64,000 nt of DNA from Bugula neritina (lineage: Eukaryota > Animalia > Bryozoa): contig OZ037771.1 of NCBI GenBank assembly GCA_964035545.1, positions 12,399,133 through 12,463,132 on the forward strand, given 5' to 3'. The first letter of the stretch is position 1; each line of letters opens with the position of its first letter. The notes below the pieces were generated by a model. The model saw only the letters and a program-made list of their open reading frames with translations, had not been told where the DNA came from and did not search any database. Both the position numbers and the translations under genes were made by a program. Positions 1 to 12,012 of this stretch are shown one piece after another.

Positions 1-101
1 GACTTCTGTCTTGTAGAACTGCTGACATCCAATGTGCACAGCTGCTTTGACGATTAGCAACTTGTAGCCAGATATAAAGTCACTGCAAACCCTCGACTCC
101 A

Positions 102-3100
102 ATGTATAAGGTACCAGCTTTCATATTGATTTTCATATATATTGAAACTTTGATTTTTCAATCTTATGGTCAATTTTAGTCCAGAATTATTTGTTGTTCT
201 TTTGTATATCATTTAAATTGTATCCTTTTATTGTCTTTGAATCACAATATTGTAATATAGTATAATAATTAGCCTGACCAAGTATAATTTGATGCTAACA
301 TAATATGTTATATACGGAGAAATCATATATTTATGTGGAAAAGCTAAGCCTATGCAATAACTATCCACTTTTTCTATTTACTAGAGGCTTGTCTTCCTAT
401 CATGTATCACCCAATTCCAAACATTTATCCTATGTGTGACGTGTTTCTCTCTTTTTGTGCAGCTAATAGCTGTCATAGGTCAATTTCTATTTCTGCACGC
501 GTGGCCGATGTTCAAGTGGATACTACACAAGGTAAAGGGACAATGTGAGCTTCTTAGAATACAGTACGAAGAGCAGCCCGGTTACAGTCGTACACAGCGA
601 ACAGGTCAGTTAGTAGCGGGCATAATTTCTCCCCCCCCCCCCCGTCTCTCTTTCTCTTTAGATTGTTCTGCTGCTATGATAGCATGACACATGTTAGCCA
701 CTTTGGTTCTTAAATATTTATGTGATCGCACTCAAATTTACAGGTTGTATTGGTGGACATATGCAGGGCTGTAGTATGTGTCTGCGTGATTATTGATTTC
801 TATGCATTTGTGGTTAGCTACGTTCTATTTACTTTTTAATGATTAATTTTCAAACAGAAGTTTTATCAATTGGGATAATGCTATTGTGTAATTATTTGAA
901 CTACCTGATGAGAAATAGTGCTAAGTCATAAACATTTATTGACCAATTCTATCAATATCTAGAATAAACTTGGGTTGTGTCAACAACTGAAGTTGAAGTT
1001 TTACATATGTATTAATATTGATCCTTTCATTTTATATTTTTTTTCGGTTTCTAGAAAGTTCTCTGAAAAATTCGAAGTTCACAGAGTGCCATGATGTTAT
1101 AGCCAAGGTTTCTGAACACTCTCTGTCTGACAGAGTGTCTGACGTCTCTCTGATTAAAGGCGTTGTCCATGACAAACACCCGGTGTACGTTCCCAGTATA
1201 ATACACTCTGTATATGTACCTAGTAGCTACTTACCCTGTGGGCGGTTGGTGATATGTACATAGTATCAAGTAGTTTACCATTCCTATCACTGCTTTTCCA
1301 TGCCTTCCATTATGTAATGAATGCTAGTGCAAATGAATTTGTAATTGCAGTTTCATTCAATGCAACTGTTTTCAAACATCAAAGCTTAAAAACGCAGTGT
1401 ATATCAGCCATACTTTGTCATGTCTATTGACAGTTCATGTTGGAAATTGGTTAGCTTACAAGAAACCGTTTATGAGAAATTCTGAGCTCTGCCTTGTTTT
1501 GCATAGGCTTAGATTAACAGTTCTTATAGTGAACAGATGTTGAGAATGTTGTCTGCTGATGCAGAATTGTTTTTGTGTAGATTCAGACGGAGGTTCACAG
1601 AGTGTGTAGAGAGGATCCTGGGCTACACGCGTCTCGTTGATGAGCTGGAGAGGTTGAGGACAGAGAAGTATGAGGAGGGAAAACATCAGCAACAACTTCT
1701 GAATGTATATGTTATGTTTGTCTACACCCCTGTACCGTTACACCCCTATCTACCTCCCCTGAATGTATATGTTATGCTTGTCTACACCCCTGTACCGTTA
1801 CACCCCTATCTACCTCCCCTGTTACACCCATACTATAATTTACTCTACTTATGAATGGGAATAAATGAATATACTTGTGTCTTTACGTGTTGTTTTAATG
1901 TATAATAATTGCCTTCCTATGAACCTATTTAGTTGCATTGTAATATCTTCACTCTGATTCTGAGTACACCTGAAATAGAGATAAATAGTAAACAATCCTT
2001 AGTAATTCATATATTTTGTATATTCAATAGTATAATAATGAAAAGCTAGCCCCTCCCACTCTACTAGGTGACTGTAGCCCCTCCCACTCTACTAGATAGC
2101 AGTAGCCCCTCCCACTCTATTAGGTGGCAGTAGCCCCTCCCACTCTACTAGGTGGCTGTAGTCCCTCCCACTCTACTAGATAGCAGTAGCCCCCCCCCCC
2201 ACTCTACTAGGTGGCAGTCTGATAGTAATTGCTGGCTCGAGACCATATATAGTCTCCCCTTTTTATACTTTCAGCTATGGAAGACACTCAAGCCCGATGA
2301 ACCTCTCTCTGAAAGGTTTACTCGTCAGTGGGGGGATATCGGATTTCAGGGTACAGACCCCGCCAGTGATTTTCGTGGGATGGGATTATTGGGTCTGCTG
2401 AATCTTATGTAAGTGTTTTGCCTACCTGCTAGCAGACTAGTATATTGGTTCAATATTAGTCTGAAAGTGGTTCAATATCAGTCTGAAAGTGGTTCAATAT
2501 CAGTCTGAAAGTGGTTCAATATCAGTTTGAAAGTGATTCAATATTAGTCTGAAAGTGGTTTAATCAGTCTGAAAGTGGTTCAATATCAGTCTGAAAGTGG
2601 TTCAATTTCAGTCTGAAAGTGGTCCAGTATCAGTCTGGTATAGTATGAGTCTGGGATATATTTACAATCATATGACTCCTGTGTCAATCCCCTAATATTT
2701 TCCAATCTATTTTCAAACTAAACATTTATGGCTGTGATGCCCATCAACTACACTCACTGTCATTGCTATGTTGTAGATATTTCAGTGAGGAACACTGTGA
2801 CCTGGCTAGACAGACGCTGATGCACTCCAATCACCCTAAATATGGGTATGTACTCATTATGCTCAACTTTATACTCTGTAGTACTCGGTATACCCACCTT
2901 TATACTCTGTAGTACTCAGTATACCCACCTTTATACTCTGTAGTACTCAGTATACCCACCTTTATACTCTGTAGTACTCATTATGCTCAACTTTATACTC
3001 TGTAGTACTCAGTATACCCACCTTTATACTCTGTAGTACTCATTATGCTCAACTTTATACTCTGTAGTACTCATTATGCTCAACTTTATACTCTGTAGTA

Positions 3101-4595
3101 CTCAGTATACTCAACGTTATACTCTGTAGTACTCAGTATACTCACCTTTATACTCTGTAGTACTCAGTATACCCACCTTTATACTCTGTAGTACTCAGTA
3201 TACCCACCTTTATACTCTGTAGTACTCATTATGCTCAACTTTATACTCTGTAGTACTCAGTATACCCACCTTTATACTCTGTAGTACTCAGTATACCCAC
3301 CTTTATACTCTGTAGTACTCAGTATACTCAACGTTATACTCTGTAGTACTCAGTATACTCACCTTTATACTCTGTAGTACTCAGTATACCCACCTTTATT
3401 TGTATTTATATTAGATAGCATTGGTGTCCAGCTGGAAGAGCCCTATGCCACCACATCAACCTTTAAACTATGAACTTTAGTCTTTAACAAAGTTTTAGAC
3501 ACAAATGTATTGTTCTGGTTACTTTAGTGTGCATAGTCTTTATACCAACTCAAACACATGTATGTACTAAAATGGTGAATTATTGCTGTGGGTTAAAACT
3601 AACATCTATACACATCATGTAGTGTCTCTGCATTTGTTGTTCGCTATTCACAAGAGTTATCTTCCTTTTTACTACCATGCTATTTATTTCTCGTAATGTT
3701 TTAGCTACTCGTTTGCTATAGTTGGTATTAACCTAACAGAGATGTGTATTCGTTACATAAGGAGCGGTCTGTTTAAGAGACACTTTTATAACCTTGAAAA
3801 TGCCAATCCAACAGTACAAGACTTCAATGAACTCTATTGTAAGTATTTTATATCAGTGTTGGAGTTATCCTCTTTCCTGGTAATTGTCTTGTATTATCTT
3901 TGTAGTTATGCTCTCTCTATTTGCACTAACATTGTTGTCTATAACATTGCATTTCACTCTCTTATGATAATTGTAAAGCGTGAAGCCATATTGGTTCAAT
4001 CCTACCTTTTCCAGGTAAACTACCTAGGTATTTCACTAGCTATTCTGCGATAACCAATACTGTTGTATTTTGTTATAGGCTGTAAATATTATTTTGACAC
4101 CAAGTGTTGTCTCTCTCAAATTGCCCATCAAGAATAGTGGTGGATATTTTTATATGATTATGGCAATAATCCTAGTTATGCTTCTTAGCATCTGTTGAAT
4201 ACTAATGTCACTTCTAAGTTATAAAACTTGTGATGTTGGTCATGTGATGTTAGTCACGTGATGTTAGTCATGTGATGTTAGTCATGTGATGTTAGTCATG
4301 TGGTGTTAGTCATGTAGTGTTAGTCACGTGGTGTTAGTCATGTGGTGTTAGTCATGTGGTGTTAGTCATGTGGTGTTGGTCACGTGATTTTACTGTCTTC
4401 TCTACTTCACCAGGTTACGTGTTTGTGGAGTTTGACAAGCTGTGGATGAAAGAAAAGCCAAACATTATGCAGTTCAACGCCATGCGTGATAAATATGAAG
4501 GTCAGCTGGACAAGCTGCTGACTCAGAATAACAGACCGCTGCCTCTACTTAGTAAAACTGATGCCGAGTTCAATTTAGTAGCTCAAGAATGCTGA
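102..4595 (+). CDS. ELMOD2: ELMO domain-containing protein (ELMOD1/2-like Arf/Arl GAP); coding exons 102-110, 463-604, 1055-1184, 1581-1704, 2275-2408, 2777-2845, 3705-3838, 4414-4595
   Basis: GT-AG exons join in phase: KWILHKVKGQCELLRI...QWGDIGFQGTDPASDFRGMGLLGLLNL...SNHPKYGYSFAIVGINLT...VEFDKLW...IMQFN, matching recalled ELMOD motifs. The 9-nt first coding exon (MYK) is the least certain; ELMOD1 vs ELMOD2 not resolvable. Confidence 0.92.
1699..1821 (+). repeat. 60-bp tandem duplication spanning an ELMOD splice donor
   Basis: ctgaatgtatatgttatg...ctacctccc at 1699 and 1759. Confidence 0.9.
2047..2216. repeat. 28-bp minisatellite, ~6 copies, intronic
   Basis: unit gtagcccctcccactctactaggtggca. 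Confidence 0.9.
2447..2636. repeat. 22-bp minisatellite, ~8 copies, intronic
   Basis: unit ggttcaatatcagtctgaaagt. Confidence 0.9.
2849..3398. repeat. 31-bp minisatellite, ~17 copies with interspersed variants, intronic
   Basis: unit actcagtatacccacctttatactctgtagt; variant actcattatgctcaactttatactctgtagt. Confidence 0.92.
4230..4388. repeat. 14-bp minisatellite, ~11 copies, intronic
   Basis: unit gtgatgttagtcat. Confidence 0.9.
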
Positions 4596-5511
4596 CACTG
4601 ACTGGTGACAGCGTAGTGTTCTCTATATTACTATGGTACTATACCTGCTACAGCCTCCTCGCTATGATACTATACCTGCTACAGCATCCTTGCTAGATCT
4701 CTGATTCTATGCAATGTTACTCTCTCCAGCAATTTGTGCAAACTTTGTTGTTTTTTTCATACTGTCTTAAGTTTATGATCTTTGCAAGTGACATATCTAT
4801 TTTTTAATTTTGTTTGATTATTCTTTGCTGAGTTTTTGTATATAAAATGTAATTTTATGACAATAATCCTATTGGGATCAATAAATTACTTATAAACATC
4901 GGGCTGTGTTGGATTCGCAGGCTTTCTCAGTGTTAAATGCTTCAACACTCACTTTGATTCTTCAAGCTGTATTTATTCTATCAGGTTGTATATGTTTACA
5001 TATTTACATCATGTTTCTTCATCACTTCACGCTTTTGTTCCATTAGTTTCAAAAAAGAAAAAATGCATCTGCAATCTAATTTTTTATGGTTTCTATGGAT
5101 ACTCTTTGTGGGCATTTCCTAGATCTAGATTCTAAATACTTGACTAATGTAATGATTATTTCCCTTCTTCTAGCACTGAAACATCTCTTCCAAGAATAAC
5201 CTCAACTACACAATAAGTGTTTTAGAGAGTAAATACATACAATAGAATATTGTTTACATATGTGCTTGTTTTATAATATGCAGCCTGGTTTTCAGGTCCA
5301 GGCTAATTGCTGTACATTAATTATTCACCATTCATATTGCCTTGGTACTTATAATTGGGATAAATGTCTAGTGTCATAGTGGAAGTAACGAAGCAATTAT
5401 TAAGTGTTTACCTTGTCTCTCTGGCATCAGTTTGAGACCAGGTAATTCTCCAGCAGAGATAACAAGAGCTTTCCTTGGTATCTTACCCTGGAGTATAGTC
5501 GCTTCATCAAC

Positions 5512-8500
5512 ATGAGCAAGGTAGGACAAGCTTAGTCGTAGCAATATTTCTTATATGATATTTTACCAGTTTTCTTCTCAATAAGAAAGTTTTTTATTAT
5601 AAGATTTACAATAATATTTATTTAAATAAATATTGGTAACTGATAATGTATAGTTTTATGTAGCTGAAATAGCATGTTAAATTCATTTTTTTAATATTAC
5701 AATATATACTGACTATGCTGAAAGTAGCTGATAAATGCATATTTAAAAATCAGCGAATGCTAAAATAACATCTTTTTGTAAGGTGCAAGTATTATATTGG
5801 CCATTTAATTCGAATAATTGTTTTTGCTCAATGGTATTGTTAGGTTTGGCAGATAAAATTGCAAATGCTAGATTTGTAATAATAGACTAGAAAAACATAC
5901 TTTAACATGTACAAATAACTGCTACATTACATCTGATCAATAAAGAACCAAATGCCTCTGTTTGGGAATTTTAGTAACAAATTTCCCTAAAAATTCTAAT
6001 GTATAAATTATCCTTTAAGCTGGAATATTGATATATGCAGTTACTCATAAAATTCAGTATTATTGATTAGCATTTCTTTCTACTTTCTCAATACTGCAAC
6101 TAAATATTATCCATTTGTTTTACGTGTTCTTACCGCACTGACATTTCTTCAACATAAAAATATTATGTTGTGGTAAAAAAATATACCACTAATGATTGAA
6201 CAATTTTAATTGTTTGCAAAAAATAAATTGAATAAATATATTGTGATATAGAAAAATACATGAAAAATGAAAATGCAAAATTTGTTTTACTAATCGAAAT
6301 GTTTTTCACTTTTCAGATTAAACCAGTTAACCAAAGTTTACGGTCAACTACGAACAGCCAGTCTGTGCACTCGATAGTTGAAAAGGTAACTTCAAAGTCA
6401 TCAGTGATCATAAACATATCTGGACAGAGATTTGTTACTTCTATTACGACATTGTTGAAATATCCTGACACCAGACTTGGTAAATTGGTTCAACAGCCAC
6501 TCAACACCACTGCCCTTACATTCGAAGGTGATGCCGAAATATTTAAGGAGGTTCTAAAGTTCTACACAACTGGAGACTTACATTGTCCAAAGAATGTTTG
6601 TATGTCGGATTTTAAAAATCATTTGGAGTTTTGGGGAATTGATGACAATTACATTTCAGAATGTTGCAGTGGTGAGCTAGCGGAGGAAAGAGAACTGGAA
6701 AAACAGTTCAAGATGTTTGAGAGACGCATCCAGGTGACTGGCCCATTGCATGGGTACAGGAGAGTTCGTTACAATATTTGGTGTTTCCTCACTGACCCCT
6801 TTGGACCCGACACCAAATGGAAAACAGTGTCTAAAATATGGGCAATTATTTACATACTTATTTCACTGTTATGCAGCATTTACATTGCTCTGTTTGGCAT
6901 AGAGTCCCTGTTTCAACCAGAAAACAAAGAAAGCGCTTTAAATTCATCTAATAGCGTTACGCACGAGAATACGACAGACAACTTAGATGTATCCTGCAAA
7001 AGATACGCTTTCCTGCACTACACAGAAACTGCTAAAAACTTGATCTTTCTCAACTTTGGAATTACCATGTTCTTCATTCTGGAAATAGGTATACGGTTTG
7101 TGTGCTGCATAGACAAAAGGTATTTTTTCAAATCTCTCAACTGTGTAGATCTGGTCGTTTCGATTCTCGAGATTGGATGCTTTATGTTTGGACAAGTGTT
7201 GACCTACATATTGATAGATGAGACGAATATAGGTGAGAGTCCACCCGGGAACTGTCGACTCGGTCTCGCTTTCAACGTGCTTTCCTTGCTGGTTAAGCAA
7301 GTTAGGTGCATAAGGTTTCTTAGCTATGCATCTATATACAGGTATGCTGATTTGAATCTATTCTCACTATTTAAATGATTAAAAGTTAGGCTTTTATATT
7401 TACCCTAGAAAAGCACAGGCTAATGAAACTGAAATCGGCTTTGATTTCAATTGATAATCTCAATCAACATTTTTACAACTATAACCAGCCCAGCAAGTAG
7501 CCTGATATTAGGAAAAGTCCTTATAAATTGCACTACCTTTTTGGTTGAATAGTCAAGAAATAATGTGACTTTTTCAATTAAAAATCATACTTTGAGCCCA
7601 GTTATACATATTATATTTTTAAAAAAACTTTATACTACAGAAATTCCAGAGATGCATTTGGTAATTAAAAAGCAACTTAGAAGTATGTTAACATCATTAG
7701 TACCTTTGTGAGTCTGAGATACATAAGTTGAGATTGGGTCTTTTTAAAAGTTTCAGAATCAAAGTTGATATTTATAACACTTAGTGTGAAGAATAAAATT
7801 TAAGCATTAGAAATAAACTAAAATTTAAAACTCAGGCTAAACATATAAAAAAAAACTCCAGCTCTACATTTGCTTTACTCAATGCTGCATCAACAACTTT
7901 TTCTAGCGGGTTGAAAGTGTTGCTGCTGACTCTATACCGAAGCTGGAGAGAGATAATACTCCTACTGGTTCTACTGATGATTGCTGTACTTATCTTTGGT
8001 CCCTTTGTCTACTACATGGATAGAAACTTACAGACTTATGGAGAGCACAAGATCTTGGATGTGCCAACAGGTAACGCATATAGCATGGTATATAAACTGA
8101 CGACTTAACATTGTGGTGTCGACCTGCAAAGCTAAATAGCTTAGGTAATACCTTTAGTGTTACCTTTAGTGTTGCCTGGTGACATAGTATAGTGTTTCTA
8201 GCTAGCACTATAGGCTATTATAGTTTTGCTACGCAACAAAATGATATAGTGTTACTAGGCAACATAGTTTACTGCAATGGTTCGAAGGTCTTGAGTTTGG
8301 AGTTGGAGGTTTGAAGTTCGAACAAGGATGTACCTATATACGATTAATATACGTCTATGTGTATATGTGTATTCAAATAATGTTCCAAGTCACCCCAGCT
8401 TGGTTCTGCTTCTGGTGATTTCGACATGTGTATATTATACTGTATATTCAGTCTACTAAAAGCTAGCATACTATAATAATATATAGTGTATATTATAGTG

Positions 8501-10083
8501 ACACAATGTTACAAAATGAAGCTAACAATACAGCTTTGAAATTATATATATTTCAAAAATTCAATCAGTCTACACTTAGAAATCAGAGCTGTATTATATG
8601 TCCTCAAATTGAGACTTGACATATTTAAAAAAGCCATGAAATAATATATGTTTAAGTATTAGATATCACACATGTTTCATGTTGAAGTGTTAGGAAGCAC
8701 CTGTGATCTAGTGGATAAAGTGCTATGGTCATTGGTTCAAACCCCAGTATAGGCCATGCCTGGAAAGACATCTGTATAATATATACTTGTTGTTTTGTTA
8801 CAAGAAGAATACCTCAAAACCATGGCAAAAAATTCCTTACCATCACTTGAGGAATTTGCAAATGGTTGGAAACTTAAAACAATTGTGTGAGATTATATTA
8901 TTTGTAAAGATTATGGGCCATATTTTATTTTATTATGCGTCAGCAAGTTCCAATCAAAACCTAAAGTTTGCTCAAAGTGCGTAGAAGTTGCTGTATGAAA
9001 AAATTTTATATGATGAGTTTAATTATGCACAGCAAACAAAAGCTGGTAGAGAATCCTGCTACATTAAACCGCAATGTCATCGACATATGTGCTAAATAGA
9101 GATGTGCGAAGCATAATTCCTTTTTCATCACGGTCCGCACAACCCAATTTACTAAAAAAGAGGAAAAAACATAAAAAGTTGAGTTATTTAGTTGTCTAAT
9201 TTGTTAATGTGTTTAGGTTAAACCCTACTATATAAAATAGCAGCTAAATTGTAAAAAATAGCTAAAAACCAGAGATATGGAGTGTGTACTAAATTAAGTA
9301 AAATAACCCATACGGTATACATTTAGTGGCTGCTGAAATTTAGAATAGAGAAGTAAGACGGATCAGTAACATAATATGTTAATAAATAAGCTTAATTGGC
9401 TTGAATATATATGTATTTTCAGTATAGTAATATAAAATGATATTTGCTGATGCATTGTGTTACAGATACACTAATCAATATTACTTAATTTTTAATTAGC
9501 AAGAATTTGCAATTAACAATCAACATAGCTTTAGGTAAATCACAATTAAGAAATCAACAACAAAAAACAATAAAAACTTGTTACGGCCAGATAATTACGC
9601 TTATAGTTGGAAATGTTTGTTATGTCATTTACACTCACTATATATAACACAATATAGTACGTTAGTAAAAATGGTTGATTTCAAAGAAATTTATTTGGAG
9701 ACTTTTTTGCTATATATTGTGAGTGATGTGCTATGCAGCAAGTGATACTTGCAGCTTATTGGCTATGGTTTGCAATATTTGCAGCTTATTGGCTGGTGAT
9801 GGTTACCATGACTACAGTTGGTTATGGAGATGTATACCCTACAACTATTGGTGGTTATATAATCCTGATAGTAGTCATGGTGGTTGGTCTCATGGTAACA
9901 GCTTTACCTGTGGCTATCATTGGAGGAAACTTCACTCTGGTCTACGAATACAATGATAAGAGGAACAAGAGACTTCGAGCACTTGAAGAAAGAGCGGACA
10001 ACTCCTCTACTGATAACAGCGTGTCCACCTCACTCACTGATGTGGATAACGACCTTGATGAGGTCATAGTTCTAAAGTATTGA
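5512..10083 (+). CDS. Voltage-gated K+ channel alpha subunit, paralog A (T1 + S1-S6, non-Shaker type); exons 5512-5520, 6317-7341, 7907-8070, 9785-10083 (alternative acceptor 9755)
   Basis: T1 domain INISGQRF...YPDTRLG...LHCPKNVC...LEFWGID...ECC with the HX5CX20CC Zn motif of Shab/Shaw/Shal; S4 KQVRCIR; pore TMTTVGYGD; S6 LPVAII; exons join in phase. Confidence 0.92.
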
Positions 10084-11610
10084 ACAGTCATATATACGGT
10101 TGTAATAATTTGCCTAATATATTTTGCAGTAGCTAATATGTAACCCGTTATTTTGTTTTTGTACATATAACACGATCATGCGCACACACTCTCTCACACA
10201 CAGACACACATGTACACAGTACACACACGCACTATAAGCACTTTTTATTGGGTAAATTTGGTCATTTAATTGATCAATTAATATACATATTTTGTGAATG
10301 ATATTTCTTAATGCAGAGAGTGTATTATGCATTAAGCAACTGTTGGATGTACAATTTATATTTTTTGTTAAAAAAAGTGTATAAATAGAAACTAATAAAT
10401 ATGTTATAAAAGTGTAAGTTCATGTAAAAGAAATATATAATGAAACTTTACAAATTGTCACACCAAAACAAGCATGTAATCCTCAAGCACCAACTGGACA
10501 TTGAAGAGCTACGTTGCATCATGGTTTTCATTATCACTCAGTTTTAACTTTTTGAATAATAAAATATATTCTTGAACAGGTCATAGTTTTGGTATAAATA
10601 GGCGCATGGAATTATATAATTTTTGACGAGTATATTTGAAGAAATAATTAGGCATTATGTTACAAAGAAAGTGCTACAACCTTTCTTAGGGTAACAAATT
10701 AGGCAACTCAATCTGCTCCTCTAAGCTAAAAAAGATGCTCCATGGTTCACAGTACCAGAAAATAATATTATTGAGATATAATTGCTTATGCAATCCTATT
10801 TCATACCAAGTTACTTAGAATTTTTTTGCATTTTAAATATACATACATGCTAAGATTACTATATTCTTAGAAAAAGTCGAAATTGTAAAAGAATTCACAA
10901 AGAATTTCGCTCATACTATGTACGCTCAAGTTGTACAAAGACAGTATTACTGTATTCAAATTAATAGAAGTGTAGCTCATCAAACTGATTCAGTTTAGGT
11001 GAAAATGTCAATTTAGAAAACATATAAACACATTGCAAGTATTACATGCTGCGTTCACATGCAAAATAGAATCAAATTAAAAGATCTTTAACACAATTTT
11101 TGATATGAAATGAAATTATACACATAGATCCAAAAAGAATCACAACATTGTTTGCTTATATATAGCTTATTTGAAACATTACAAGTTGCATTTCATGTAA
11201 ATAAACAGCAGATTGAAGTAAAATAATATGTAGAGTTATGTACTGCGAATAGCAGCTTGTAACATGGCGCTAACGCATGAGTTATGTTTATAAAAGTTGT
11301 ATGATATGCAGCTGCTCGGGTGAGAACATGCAGATAAATTGCTTTCGTGAAGGAGACTAGAGATCATTGCAAATTTCTTTGAGGGAGAGCGGAGAGGTCA
11401 TTGTGAGATTGTGTTTAGTATTTCCTTGAAGAAGAGTTCAATGAGATATTATATAGCCAGTTTGAGTACTCCATGGAAGTAAGGGATAAATAAATGAGCA
11501 TGTTTTTGATATACAAGTTAAGGTAAAGTACTGAACAAATCTGTTATGTCATAATAATCATAATATGTAACTAAACAGGTGCTGCCAAAACCAAGCGTAA
11601 AGCAGCTGAC

Positions 11611-11963
11611 ACTAAGCCTAGGGCCACACTGTGCGTATTTTCGCATGCGAAAATTAAAATCACGAGTAGCAAAGGTGTCCACTGTAGCGTCAGTGATGCG
11701 TGATAAATAAAGCTTTCATTTTTAAATCGCACTCGCTTTCAATAAAACGCAATTTACTGGAATATAGCACTAAATAAAGAAATTGGGCTCGCTGAATAGC
11801 TACCAGCCAATTAGGTGACGACGACAGAGACGATTCGCACTTGCGTTGAAAATGCAGAGCGACAAGTGCGAAGGTTTTCTCAACGCGCACAGTAGACACC
11901 TTTGCTACTTGTGATTTCAATTTTCGCATGCGAAAATACGCACCGTGTGGCCCTAGGCTTAGT
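11611..11963. mobile_element. MITE-like element with ~75-bp terminal inverted repeats
   Basis: actaagcctagggccacactgtgcgtattttcgcatgcgaaaatt... mirrored by ...aattttcgcatgcgaaaatacgcaccgtgtggccctaggcttagt; possible TA target duplication; non-coding interior. Confidence 0.85.
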
Positions 11964-12012
11964 TGGTGCAGGTGCTCTTTGAAGACATGCTTATTCAATT
12001 CTTCTATGCTTG

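Noticed and set aside
2447-3398. CRISPR-like regular repeats
   Set aside because: Head-to-tail units without unique spacers, inside eukaryotic introns, no cas genes
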